Source: Sedimentisphaerales bacterium (GTDB taxonomy: Bacteria > Planctomycetota > Phycisphaerae > Sedimentisphaerales > SM23-30). Taken from it: a stretch of DNA of 64,000 bases. Location: contig CAXXMR010000012.1 in the NCBI GenBank assembly GCA_963663805.2, positions 288,001 to 352,000 of the forward strand, read 5' to 3'. Positions within the stretch are counted from its first letter, which is position 1, and each line of letters opens with the position of its first letter. Below are positions 40,256 to 50,465 of this stretch, piece by piece. The notes below the pieces were generated by a model. That model saw nothing but the letters and a program-made list of their open reading frames with translations. It had not been told where the DNA came from and searched no databases. A program made the translations under genes and the position numbers.

Positions 40256-42961
40256 TTATTTTAGTCCTTCGTCGGCCATTTTTTTTGCCGCGGCTAAGGC
40301 TTCGGCCAGTTTGGCTGGGTCTTTACCGCCTGCCTGGGCCATCTGAGGACGACCTCCTCCGCCTCCTCCGACAATCGGCGCGATATTCTTGACAATATCA
40401 CCGGCCTTGACCTTACTGACAAGGTCATCGGTTACCGCCGCGAAAAGCATGACCTTGCCGTCGGGGTCGGCCATTCCCAATACGACGACACTGGACGGTG
40501 CTTTTTTGCGGAACCAGTCTATTTGGGCCCGAACCGCTTCGACTGGTGCGGCGGGGATTTCGCCGATGACAATCTTCGCCCCGCCCGTTTCTTCTGCGTC
40601 AGCCAGTATTTTTTCTGCCACAGATTTCAAATCCGCCCCGGCACCTTTTTTCAATTGTTTATTGAGCTTCTTATTGTTTTCGATCAGGGTCTCGACCCGG
40701 ATTCGCAATTGTTCGGGTGTGGACTTTAGCAGGATGCAAAGGTCATCGACCTCGGCAGCTCGCTGATAAAGCATGGCGTTCAAGGCCCGGCCCGTCATTG
40801 CGGTAATACGACGCACACCGGTGGCGACGCTTTCTTCTTTGATTATCTTGAAAGTTCCGATCTCGATAGTATTATCGACGTGGGTTCCGCCGCAGAATTC
40901 CCGGCTAAAGGCTGTCTCCAAGTCGGCGTCTTCTTCTGCGCCAATAGCTAACACGCGTACTTTGTCACCATATTTTTCACTGAACAGGGCCATCGCACCC
41001 AGGTTGCGGGCTTCATCGATGGGTAAAACTTCAGAATGTACGTTATGGCCTTCACCAATTTTTTTGCGTACCAGTTTTTCGACTTCGCTAATCTGTTCGG
41101 CGGTCAAAGCCCTGGGATGCGTAAAATCGAAACGCAGATAGTCAGCCGTTACCAGCGAACCTTCCTGATGGGCATGTTTGCCCGCCACCTGCTGCAAAGC
41201 CCACTGCAATAAATGAGTTGCGGTATGATTGCGTTGGACATCGTCGCGTTCTGAATCAACGCGTACCGTTACCTCTGAGCCGATAGTCAGTCCTGCATCA
41301 GCGGTTGTTCCGTAATGGATGATCGCGGAGCCTGCCTTCTGGGTATCTTCAAACACAAACTTCCCTGTCCCCCATTCTACGGTCCCCTTATCACCGACCT
41401 GACCGCCTGATTCGGCGTAGGCACAGGTGCAATCCATTACGAGCCCGATTTTTTCGTTTGTCGGCACGGTTCCTTCGGAGCAATATTGACCTTCACGCAC
41501 ATAACCGAGCAGTTTTGCGGTGGCGTGACCAGTGTGATATTTGTCGCCATCAGCGGTGGCGGGCAAGATCTGGCTGAGGCTGTCGGCTTCGTAAACGGCA
41601 CTCTTTTGGGCCCCGCGGGCACGTTCTCGCTGCTGTTCCATAAAGGTTTCGAATCCGGCGACATCGACCGTCAGTCCTCTCTCCTCTGCCATCAACTGCG
41701 TCAAGTCCAGCGGAAAACCGTAAGTGTCGTACAGTCGGAAAGCTTTATCGCCGGCGAGGCATTTACCTCCCGCAGCGGTCAGTTCGGCTACGTCTGATTC
41801 AAAAATTTCAATGCCGCGTCCCAGCGTTCTGCCGAAACTGGCTTCTTCGGATTCAATCACGTTGGCAACATGCTCAGCCCGGCCGGTGAGCTCCGGATAA
41901 ACCTCGCCCATATATTCCACAATGGTCGGTACGATTTTATGCAAAAACGGTTCGTTAATATCGAGCAGCAAACCAAAACGGGTGGCGCGGCGCAAGATTC
42001 TGCGCAGGACATAACCGCGTCCGTCATTGCTGGGCAGGGCACCATCGGTGATTGCGAATGTCAGGGTGCGAATATGGTCTGAAATAACCCGAAAAGCATT
42101 ATCGACATCGTCGCCGAATTTGCCTGTATATTTTTTACCGCTAAGCTCGGCGATACGATTCAAAATGGGTGTAAACAAATCGGTGTCGTAATTACTGGTT
42201 TTGTTTTGCAGGACCGAGACTACGCGTTCCAGTCCCGCCCCCGTATCGACATGCTTAGCGGGCAGTTCTGTCAGCTTGCCCGTCTCGTCTCGGTTGTATT
42301 GAATAAACACCAGATTCCAAAGCTCGATATAGCGTCCGCACGGACCGTTGACCATACAAGTATGCGGCACATTCGTCTTGTCGCAGCGGCCGGGGCCCAA
42401 ATCCAGATGAATTTCACTGCAAGGTCCGCAGGGACCAACTTCGCCCATCTCCCAGAAATTGTCTTTACGGCCAAAACGCAAAACCCGCTCCGGGGCTATA
42501 TCGGTTTTTCCAATCCAGAGCTTCTCAGCTTCGTTGTCTACATTGAGCCCGTCGGCCTGGTCGCCTCCGAAAACCGTGACCCACAGATTTTTCTTGTCAA
42601 TCTTCCAGACTTCGGTCAGCAGTTCCCAGGCCCATTCAATAGCTTCAGCCTTGAAATAATCGCCGAAAGACCAGTTGCCCAGCATCTCAAAAAAAGTATG
42701 ATGGTAAGTGTCCTTGCCGACTTCTTCCAAATCATTATGCTTGCCGCTGACCCGAATGCATTTCTGACTGTTCGCCGCCCGTTTGCAGCTCGGTTCCCGC
42801 GAACCCAGGAAAATATCCTTGAACTGGTTCATGCCCGCGTTGGTAAACAACAAAGTAGGGTCTTCCAGCGGGACCACACTTGAACTAGCCACAAAATTAT
42901 GACCTTTTTTCTCGACAAAGAAGTCAATAAAACTCTTCCGGATTTCCTGAGAACTAAGCAC
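40256..42961 (-). CDS. alaS: Alanine--tRNA ligase
   Basis: LLFTNAGMNQFK, HHTFFEMLGNWSFGDYFK, NHTATHLL, EFCGGTHV and GGGGGGRPQMAQAGG motifs. Confidence 0.98.
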   Translation of the reverse strand: MLSSQEIRKSFIDFFVEKKGHNFVASSSVVPLEDPTLLFTNAGMNQFKDIFLGSREPSCKRAANSQKCIRVSGKHNDLEEVGKDTYHHTFFEMLGNWSFGDYFKAEAIEWAWELLTEVWKIDKKNLWVTVFGGDQADGLNVDNEAEKLWIGKTDIAPERVLRFGRKDNFWEMGEVGPCGPCSEIHLDLGPGRCDKTNVPHTCMVNGPCGRYIELWNLVFIQYNRDETGKLTELPAKHVDTGAGLERVVSVLQNKTSNYDTDLFTPILNRIAELSGKKYTGKFGDDVDNAFRVISDHIRTLTFAITDGALPSNDGRGYVLRRILRRATRFGLLLDINEPFLHKIVPTIVEYMGEVYPELTGRAEHVANVIESEEASFGRTLGRGIEIFESDVAELTAAGGKCLAGDKAFRLYDTYGFPLDLTQLMAEERGLTVDVAGFETFMEQQRERARGAQKSAVYEADSLSQILPATADGDKYHTGHATAKLLGYVREGQYCSEGTVPTNEKIGLVMDCTCAYAESGGQVGDKGTVEWGTGKFVFEDTQKAGSAIIHYGTTADAGLTIGSEVTVRVDSERDDVQRNHTATHLLQWALQQVAGKHAHQEGSLVTADYLRFDFTHPRALTAEQISEVEKLVRKKIGEGHNVHSEVLPIDEARNLGAMALFSEKYGDKVRVLAIGAEEDADLETAFSREFCGGTHVDNTIEIGTFKIIKEESVATGVRRITAMTGRALNAMLYQRAAEVDDLCILLKSTPEQLRIRVETLIENNKKLNKQLKKGAGADLKSVAEKILADAEETGGAKIVIGEIPAAPVEAVRAQIDWFRKKAPSSVVVLGMADPDGKVMLFAAVTDDLVSKVKAGDIVKNIAPIVGGGGGGRPQMAQAGGKDPAKLAEALAAAKKMADEGLK

Positions 42962-43002
42962 TATATCTTTCCTTTAATTCCTTACAACAAACAACAGATA
43001 TT

Positions 43003-43034
43003 TAACCGCGGATTACACGGATTTCGCGGATTTT
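43003..43034 (+). repeat. Short ~9-nt tandem repeat (C[A/G]CGGATT), copy 1
   Basis: AACCGCGGATTACACGGATTTCGCGGATTTT; related block at 59771-59813. Confidence 0.7.
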
Positions 43035-43055
43035 AAAGGCAATTAATCTTCTTTC

Positions 43056-43140
43056 GCCCCTTTAGGGCTTGTGGTTATTTTTGCCAATTGCTCCGGGGGA
43101 TTACGCCGCCCGGCTATTGTTCTGACGACCCCTTCGGGGC
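43056..43140. repeat. REP-like palindromic element downstream of recA
   Basis: GCCCCTTTAGGGC ... CCGGGGGATTACGCCGCCCGG ... CCCCTTCGGGG, three short hairpins. Confidence 0.5.
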
Positions 43141-43156
43141 CTGGAACTACTATGTC

Positions 43157-44293
43157 TTACTTTTTCTTGCCGAGTTTCTTTTTGGTTTTGGCCGGTGCTT
43201 GCTCGACAACTTCTTCTTCTTCTTTTGCGGCTGCGACTGCCGCGACCGGCTCTGCGGCTTTGGCTTTAGCTTTGGTTCCCTTTTCCGTCAGGCCATGTTT
43301 TTCCAGAACCTTGCTGCGGAGTTCTTTGTAGAGGTCCGGGTTCTCCACCAGGAAATCCTTGGCTTTTTCGCGACCCTGGCCGATGGTCAATTCACCATAA
43401 CGCAGAAACGCCCCGCTCTTACCAAGTATCTCTTCCTTGACCGCCAAATCAATCATATCACCTTCGGCGCTGATGCCCCGGTCAAACATAATATCAAGTT
43501 CCGCGTCGCGGAAAGGCGGGGCGACCTTATTTTTAACAACCCGCACCCTCACTCGATTGCCAACCGCGCCATCGCCAGCCTTGATTGTACTAATCCGGCG
43601 TACATCGAGCCGCACCGAACTATAAAACTTCAGTGCCCGTCCGCCGGGTGTCGTTTCCGGATTGCCGAACATAACCCCGATTTTTTCGCGAATCTGATTG
43701 ATGAAAATCAGACATGATTTACTCTTACTGATAACCGCGGTAAGTTTGCGCATGGCCTGGCTCATCATACGCGCCTGCAAACCAACATGCGCATCGCCGA
43801 TCTCGCCTTTGAGTTCCGCCTGCGGTATCAACGCCGCCACCGAATCCACCACGATAAAATCAACCGCGTTGGAGCGTACCAGCATTTCCACGATATTGAG
43901 AGCCTGCTCACCGCTGTCGGGCTGCGAGACCAGCAGCGACTCCAGATTAACCCCGATACTCTTGGCCCAGGTCGGGTCCAGAGCGTGTTCAGCGTCAATA
44001 AACGCCGCCACTCCGCCCGCCCGCTGGGCCTGAGCCACACAATTCAACGCCAGGGTAGTTTTACCCGAAGACTCAGGGCCAAATATTTCGATGATACGTC
44101 CTTTGGGTAGACCACGTCCTCCCAGTGCCAAATCCAGCGAAAGAGCGCCCGTGCTAATCCCCTCAACCTGGCTCATACTATCCTCGTCCAGGTGCATAAT
44201 CGTACCTTCACCAAACTGCTTCTCTATCGCACTGAGGGTACGATCCAGGGCATTTCCCTGAGTTCCGCTGCTTTTGTCCGCTGCTTTTGCCAT
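43157..44293 (-). CDS. recA: Recombinase RecA
   Basis: [44 protein letters not shown] and GGRALKFY motifs; likely start MAKAADK at 44293. Confidence 0.98.
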   Translation of the reverse strand: MAKAADKSSGTQGNALDRTLSAIEKQFGEGTIMHLDEDSMSQVEGISTGALSLDLALGGRGLPKGRIIEIFGPESSGKTTLALNCVAQAQRAGGVAAFIDAEHALDPTWAKSIGVNLESLLVSQPDSGEQALNIVEMLVRSNAVDFIVVDSVAALIPQAELKGEIGDAHVGLQARMMSQAMRKLTAVISKSKSCLIFINQIREKIGVMFGNPETTPGGRALKFYSSVRLDVRRISTIKAGDGAVGNRVRVRVVKNKVAPPFRDAELDIMFDRGISAEGDMIDLAVKEEILGKSGAFLRYGELTIGQGREKAKDFLVENPDLYKELRSKVLEKHGLTEKGTKAKAKAAEPVAAVAAAKEEEEVVEQAPAKTKKKLGKKK

Positions 44294-44574
44294 CTGACGC
44301 TCCTTATCGCTTGCGAATCCATCCTTACCAATAACGAATCGGGGCATTTTAGCGTTTTGTTCGGGTTATGTCACCACCAAATCCCCCATATTTCCAACCC
44401 CGACACAACCCCATTAACAGAAAAGAGTTACTACCGCCAACCCCAAAATAAAATAAAACCGCCAACAGAAGCCGAGCCGCGTAAGTGGCCGGACCGAATA
44501 CCATCCAACCAGCCCCCCCCAACCAAAGGTCCAAAACGTCAACACCGCAATCCAATCACCAGTTCCAAACCCGC

Positions 44575-46137
44575 CTAATTCGTTACCAGCCAGTTCCCCT
44601 CAACCACCGAAAAATCCCGCAGATTGACAATCCCGTCCCCAGCTTCCGGGGCCAAATCATATTCGCTGTTCCAGCCCGGCAGACTGTTATCCAGCAGCCA
44701 CACTCCCGCCAAAACCGCTAAATCACCTGCGTCCACGGCATTATCGCCGTTGAGATCACCTGCCACACTGCCCGGTATGATTCGTTCCAGCTCCAGTGCC
44801 GGGTCCGGGTCCAGAAGCATCCCGCCGGCCCGCAATACCATGTTATACTCCGTAAACAGATTCATCCCGATTATCCCGTCCAGCGTACCGCCTTCAGGCG
44901 ACGATACATCCAGCAGTACCACCGGCACATTCGTGAATGTCAGCCACTCACCCAAGGCCGGCAGCTCCAGCTTATCAATATAAAACGCCGGCATATCCAG
45001 GCTCTCGCCGTTGACACCCTCGACCTCAACCAGAAAATCCGGGTTCGCCGGGTCAATCCCCAACCGGGCCCCGATACGACTGCCGATTACCGTAACCTGA
45101 GCCCCCGTATCCAGCATAAAACGATTCTTATCAATAGCCGAACGCTCCCCGTCATATAAATCCACACTCGATACAAAATACAGACTCTGTGAACCCAACC
45201 CCATCACAATCGAAGGAGTCTGCGGCTGAACTTCATCACCCAGAATAATCCCCTCAAGATTAGGCGCATACTGCACTGCCTGAGCCCCCAAAGGACGAAG
45301 CTCCAGCGGCACAACTATATCGTACTGCGGCACCAAACTGGAATATTCATCATGAAACGTTATGTTCGGAGCAATATATTCATTGCCATATCGATTAACC
45401 GTTATCATATTTTCATTGTCAAAAACCGCCGTGTAAAACACCGCCAGCGGCATCCCCAAAGCCGTCGGCAGGTTCGGCGTGGAAACCTTGCCCAGCCCAA
45501 TCGAAACATTATACTCGCCCACCATATCCGACAAATCCAGCGTGCCGTTCGGCTCAATCGCCCCTAATCCATCGACATATAAAGCGAACGGCAGCGAAAC
45601 ATCCGCGTAAATCGAACCGGTCACGCCCTGAATCTCGATTTCATAATCACCCCGCAAACTGGAACCGATTCCCAGCCGCGTCGCGTTATCGGAACCCATA
45701 ACATGCGCCCCCGCACCCGTATCGAACAGCCCAATACCATAATCCTGCGTCGGGTCAGAAACCAAATGACTGCCCAGAATATATGAACTGGCCACCGCGG
45801 TAGAGTCCAGGTCATCATACTGCCGCTTGTTCGTCGCCGCGATAGCAATCCACGGCACAAAACCTGCGATTGGCGGAGAATCGATAACATTCGCTAATAC
45901 CGCATTCTGCCCCTCGACCAACAGCTCCTCCGTCAGAGCTTTATCGGACTGAGTTACCACCGGCAAATCCCCGCCTGCCGGATATTTAATTCCCGTTATC
46001 CGCCCCTCGCCCGGCATAAATATATCCACCGGCTGGATATTCCATGACTGTGACCATCCCCACGCCGATAGCGACAGGACAACAAATAAAACATATAACA
46101 CTCTGTCAAATGATGAAATACGAAATTCTTTTTGCAT
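44575..46137 (-). CDS. Secreted aspartic protease with two retropepsin-like lobes and a dockerin-like tail
   Basis: LFDTGA and MLDTGA catalytic motifs, GIIGMN; C-terminal GDLNGDNAVDAGDL...DGIVNLRDF. Confidence 0.8.
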   Translation of the reverse strand: MQKEFRISSFDRVLYVLFVVLSLSAWGWSQSWNIQPVDIFMPGEGRITGIKYPAGGDLPVVTQSDKALTEELLVEGQNAVLANVIDSPPIAGFVPWIAIAATNKRQYDDLDSTAVASSYILGSHLVSDPTQDYGIGLFDTGAGAHVMGSDNATRLGIGSSLRGDYEIEIQGVTGSIYADVSLPFALYVDGLGAIEPNGTLDLSDMVGEYNVSIGLGKVSTPNLPTALGMPLAVFYTAVFDNENMITVNRYGNEYIAPNITFHDEYSSLVPQYDIVVPLELRPLGAQAVQYAPNLEGIILGDEVQPQTPSIVMGLGSQSLYFVSSVDLYDGERSAIDKNRFMLDTGAQVTVIGSRIGARLGIDPANPDFLVEVEGVNGESLDMPAFYIDKLELPALGEWLTFTNVPVVLLDVSSPEGGTLDGIIGMNLFTEYNMVLRAGGMLLDPDPALELERIIPGSVAGDLNGDNAVDAGDLAVLAGVWLLDNSLPGWNSEYDLAPEAGDGIVNLRDFSVVEGNWLVTN

Positions 46138-46655
46138 AACATTTTCCCGGTCGCCCAGTAGAGTAAATATTTTCGCTCAGATTACTGCTATCGGCTTACC
46201 AATCGCAGTTCTAAACATCACATTGTCGTTTTTGCCTTCTAGTTGGATTATATAAAAAACAACTGCCGCAAGTCAATTAATCTGATGCTTATGTTGTTCG
46301 CGGAAAAAACCGAAAAAGAACTCAGGTTATTTTATTGACTTTAGTGACGCCGATGCTGAGAATTTCCCCAAATGGTATTTGAAGGCAGATATGAAGCTCA
46401 GTTCTAATAAGTCGTTGTTGTTTTCGACGGTAAATAAACAGGACGGTCAACCACGACCAGCCCTGGCCGAGACGTTCTGCGGCAATAGAAAACGCTGTTC
46501 ATTTTTGTTACAGCCCGATAAGGGCTTGGGGCGGGATTCCAGAAGGCTATAGCGGATAATCACATCTGCGGCAGCTTACTCGGCGGGGAAGTTACCTCTC
46601 TTGTGTATCATTAATTACCTTATTTGGTACAGTTAATTTTTTATCGAGTTTTTTT

Positions 46656-48392
46656 ATGACTATGTTCGTGCCCAAGCTGATTACGGAGCTTAAATCGTAT
46701 AACCGGGAAAAAGCCGTAAGTGATATTTTCGCTGGTCTGACCGTGGGAGTTGTGGCCTTGCCCCTGGCAATGGCCTTTGCTATTGCCAGCGACCTGCCCC
46801 CGGAAAGAGGCCTCTTCACCGCTATTGTTGCGGGGTTTATCATCTCTGCCCTGGGAGGCAGCAAAGTACAGATAGGCGGACCGACAGGGGCATTCGTAGT
46901 ACTGGTCTCATCAGTGCTGGCCCAGTTCGGCTATGAGGGACTGGCGCTCTGCACCATCATCGCTGGAGTATTCCTGCTCCTGTTCGGGCTGTTCCGACTC
47001 GGTGGAATGATTAAGTTCATTCCCTTCCCTGTAACAGTTGGATTCACCGCCGGCATCGCCGTGGTAATACTCTCGACCCAGATAAGGGACCTGCTCGGCC
47101 TGACAATGACAGAGGTTCCCTCGGAGTTTCTGGATAAATGGCGAACCTACCTGAACCATTTATCAACCATCAACTGGCAGGCAACCGCACTGGGAATTGG
47201 CACAATAGTCATGATAGTGATTATCCGACGTTATTTACCCAAAATCCCCGCCATGCTCGCCGCTATGCTCGCGGCGACACTGGCAGCTTATTTTCTGCAT
47301 CTGGAGGTCGAAACCATCGGCAGCAGGTTCGGAGAACTGCCCCGAATGCTGCCCAGACCCTGTTTTCCTGCATTTGACCTGGAACATATAGGCCCTTTGG
47401 TTAAGCCGGCCTTTACCATAGCACTTTTGGCGGCAATAGAATCACTCTTATCAGCTACAGTCGCCGACGGCATGATAGGGGGACGACATCGACCAAATAT
47501 GGAACTCATTGGTCAGGGAGCAGCCAACATTGTTAGTATTATCTTCGGAGGAATCCCCGCCACTGGAGCTATCGCCCGAACCGCCACAAATGTTAAAAGC
47601 GGCGCACGTACCCCCGTCGCCGGAATTATCCATGCCATAACACTTCTGTTGCTGCTGATGCTCTTGGCTCCCTTTGCCAAACTCATACCGTTGGCAGCTC
47701 TGGCGGGCATCCTGGTCGTGGTCAGTTATAACATGAGCGAGATTCGCCATTTCGCGACCATAATACGCGGACCACGCAGTGACGCACTGGTGCTGGTGCT
47801 GACATTCCTGCTTACCGTCATTGTCGATCTTACCGTAGCGGTACAGGTGGGAGTGGTGCTGGCGTCATTCCTCTTTATTCGACGCATGTCCGAAATCGCT
47901 AACGTCGGCATGATTACCCGCGAGATTCAGGGTGATGACAATGGTAAGGAAGACCCCAACGCCCTGGCCCTGCGGGAAGTGCCCGACCAGGTCGAAGTCT
48001 TTGAGGTCAACGGTCCCTTTTTCTTTGGCATGATAGACACCTTCAAAAATGCCGTCCGGGGCATGGAAAAAGATGTCAAAGTCCTGATTATTCGTATGCG
48101 CTATGTGCTGGTCGTTGACGGCACTGCCCTGCACGTACTGCGCGAATTACATACCCGCTGTAATAAGGACAATATCCACCTGGTATTCTCCGGGGTCCAT
48201 ACCCAACCCCTGATAGCCTTTGAACAGTCTGGTTTTCTTAAGGAAGTCGGAATCGAAAACTGTCAGGGAAATATTGACGATGCCCTCAACCGGGCACGCA
48301 CCCTGCTGGGATTACCAACCATAGAAATCCACAGACCCTTTGTCCCCACGGTATCGAGGGAAGCAAAAGGTCAGAAAACTTTCCCAGATTAA
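46656..48392 (+). CDS. SulP/SLC26 anion transporter with STAS domain
   Basis: AGLTVGVVALPLAMAFAI, IGGPTGA, IESLLSA, ATGAIART and NGPFFFG motifs. Confidence 0.95.
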   Translation: MTMFVPKLITELKSYNREKAVSDIFAGLTVGVVALPLAMAFAIASDLPPERGLFTAIVAGFIISALGGSKVQIGGPTGAFVVLVSSVLAQFGYEGLALCTIIAGVFLLLFGLFRLGGMIKFIPFPVTVGFTAGIAVVILSTQIRDLLGLTMTEVPSEFLDKWRTYLNHLSTINWQATALGIGTIVMIVIIRRYLPKIPAMLAAMLAATLAAYFLHLEVETIGSRFGELPRMLPRPCFPAFDLEHIGPLVKPAFTIALLAAIESLLSATVADGMIGGRHRPNMELIGQGAANIVSIIFGGIPATGAIARTATNVKSGARTPVAGIIHAITLLLLLMLLAPFAKLIPLAALAGILVVVSYNMSEIRHFATIIRGPRSDALVLVLTFLLTVIVDLTVAVQVGVVLASFLFIRRMSEIANVGMITREIQGDDNGKEDPNALALREVPDQVEVFEVNGPFFFGMIDTFKNAVRGMEKDVKVLIIRMRYVLVVDGTALHVLRELHTRCNKDNIHLVFSGVHTQPLIAFEQSGFLKEVGIENCQGNIDDALNRARTLLGLPTIEIHRPFVPTVSREAKGQKTFPD

Positions 48393-48625
48393 CAGCACCA
48401 TATTGCCACTTCGACAAAGACGTACTAACAGATTTGACTTGCCCAAAACCCGGAAGGGAAGTTACCATTAAGCGAGTTGTTTTACTAAAACGGTAACTTG
48501 TCGGAAAATTCCGTCTAAAAACACGATTTTTGGCATAAAAACACGTCTTTTTCCAAAAAAACGCGACTTTTTGTCGAAAAATCGGTCTTCTCCGGCAAAA
48601 ATGCGCTCATTTTTCGAGAATCTAT

Positions 48626-49975
48626 ATGGACTCATCAGGGTATATCCCAAAAAACCAGGACCGATTTCTGGCTGAATTATGCGAATTTATGAGTTTTGCC
48701 TCGGTGAGCGCTCAGGAAAAACACCAAAACGATGTCCGGGCCTGTGCCAATTGGCTGGCCGACCATTTGAAAAATATGGGCCTGACAGTTGAGATAATAA
48801 AAACCCAGGGCAATCCCATTATTAAAGCCTCTATGGGAAAAGGGTTACGAAAGATAGTTATTTATGGTCATTACGATGTTCAGCCGCCTGAGCCCCTGGA
48901 ATTGTGGCAGAGCAAACCCTTCGAGCCCGAAATTCGCGACGGATACCTCTATGGCCGCGGAGCCAGCGATGATAAAGGCCAGCTCTTCGCCCATGTTAAG
49001 GCTGTGGAAACTCTTATTAAACAAGGGATTAAGCCTGATTATGAGATAATTTTCGTTATCGAGGGTGAAGAAGAATGCAACGGCGAGTCACTGGAAAAAT
49101 GGCTCGTCGGAGCGGGGGCAGAGTTGAAACCAGAGGCTGTCTTCATCTCCGACTGCTCTATGTACAATGAGGCGACACCTGCCATAACTTACGGTCTTAG
49201 AGGGATTTGTGCTCTTGAAATTGGTATTTTTTCCGCCAGCCGCGACTTGCACTCCGGCTGTTTCGGCGGCGCGGTCGCCAACCCGGCAATAGTACTGTCA
49301 AGAATGCTCGCCCATTGTGTAACCCAGGACGGCAGAATAATGATACCCGGCTTTTACGAAGATGTAGTACCTCTAACCGACCAGGAAAGAGAAACCTTCG
49401 CTGCCCTGAAACACGACGACCAAAAATTCGCCGCCGGCCTGGGTCTCGTAAGGCCTTTTGGGGAAGCATGTTATACAACTTTAGAGCGACTATGGGCCCG
49501 CCCTACTTTTGAGATTAACGGTTTGTGGAGCGGCTATAGCGGGCCGGGCAACAAAACCATTATTCCTTCATCTGCCCAGGCCAAAATAACCATGCGGCTG
49601 GTCCCAAATCAGGATCCGGAAAAGATTTTTGAGTTTACGAGTAAGCACCTGCAAGAGATTTGCCCCGATACTGTCCGATTGGAAATCAAGGGACCAACAG
49701 GACTTGCGCCCGGAGTGCTGATCGACACAAACTGTTCAGCCGTCCAAACCACCCAGTCAGCTCTAAAAGCGGCCTTTGGCAATGAAGCCGTTCTGATACG
49801 CGAAGGCGGCTCTATTCCGGTCGTGGCTAGTTTTGCCCAGCAGTGGCAATGTCCGGTTGTACTGATGGGTTTGGGACTAGCTGCTGACAGTATTCACGCC
49901 CCTAATGAACGTTTCAAAATGGACAATTTTCTTAAGGGTATTGACGCCAGCACAATTCTGCTGAGCAGTCTGTAA
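48626..49975 (+). CDS. M20-family dipeptidase/metallopeptidase
   Basis: YGHYDVQP, GRGASDDKG, EGEEE, DLHSG and IHAPNE motifs. Confidence 0.93.
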   Translation: MDSSGYIPKNQDRFLAELCEFMSFASVSAQEKHQNDVRACANWLADHLKNMGLTVEIIKTQGNPIIKASMGKGLRKIVIYGHYDVQPPEPLELWQSKPFEPEIRDGYLYGRGASDDKGQLFAHVKAVETLIKQGIKPDYEIIFVIEGEEECNGESLEKWLVGAGAELKPEAVFISDCSMYNEATPAITYGLRGICALEIGIFSASRDLHSGCFGGAVANPAIVLSRMLAHCVTQDGRIMIPGFYEDVVPLTDQERETFAALKHDDQKFAAGLGLVRPFGEACYTTLERLWARPTFEINGLWSGYSGPGNKTIIPSSAQAKITMRLVPNQDPEKIFEFTSKHLQEICPDTVRLEIKGPTGLAPGVLIDTNCSAVQTTQSALKAAFGNEAVLIREGGSIPVVASFAQQWQCPVVLMGLGLAADSIHAPNERFKMDNFLKGIDASTILLSSL

Positions 49976-50012
49976 AAAAACCTCGCTATAATATGATGTT
50001 ATAGCGAGGTTT
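49975..50012. terminator. Hairpin terminator between the peptidase and tRNA-Tyr
   Basis: AAACCTCGCTATAA...TTATAGCGAGGTTT with an adjacent A tract. Confidence 0.7.
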
Positions 50013-50019
50013 ATGTCAC

Positions 50020-50102
50020 TGGGCCGAGTTGGATTCGAACCAACGTAGGCTCACGCCAACGGGTTTACAGCCCGTTCCCTTTAGCCACTCGGGCATCGAC
50101 CC
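50020..50102 (-). tRNA. tRNA-Tyr (GTA)
   Basis: Minus strand GGGTCGATGCCCGAGTGGCTAAAGGGAACGGGCTGTAAACCCGT...GTTCGAATCCAACTCGGCCCA; long variable arm; CCA not encoded. Confidence 0.96.
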
Positions 50103-50220
50103 ATCACGGCATTAACCGTGAAGAGCAGATAATCTACATAATATTTCGCTTCAATGCAAGAACCAGTTTGGGAAAAAATCACGGCATTCAAATAAAATTC
50201 TGAATAGCCATTTTTGAGAG

Positions 50221-50249
50221 TTGACAGAGCCCTTCTCTTTTCGTACATT
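50221..50249 (+). promoter_or_regulatory. sigma70 promoter of tRNA-Val
   Basis: TTGACA-N17-TACATT. Confidence 0.65.
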
Positions 50250-50264
50250 ATCAAACCTTGACAC

Positions 50265-50338
50265 GGGCGATTAGCTCAGTTGGCTAGAGCGCCTGCCTTA
50301 CAAGCAGGATGTCACAGGTTCAAGTCCTGTATTGCCCA
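50265..50338 (+). tRNA. tRNA-Val (TAC)
   Basis: GGGCGATTAGCTCAGTTGGCTAGAGCGCCTGCCTTACAAGCAGG...GGTTCAAGTCCTGTATTGCCCA. Confidence 0.96.
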
Positions 50339-50465
50339 TTTTTTTCAGGTATGTCCCGTTAAGTTCGTCCTGCGCCGCCCAACGCATTTTAGTTTATCCT
50401 TCCAACTGTCAGCCCAAAGGTTGGCTGAAACACCCGTCAAAAGTAAGCGAAAGAAAGGGTCTATC

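Noticed and set aside
50280..50465. N-terminal extension of the sialidase ORF
   Set aside because: Overlaps tRNA-Val; the signal peptide begins at 50466.
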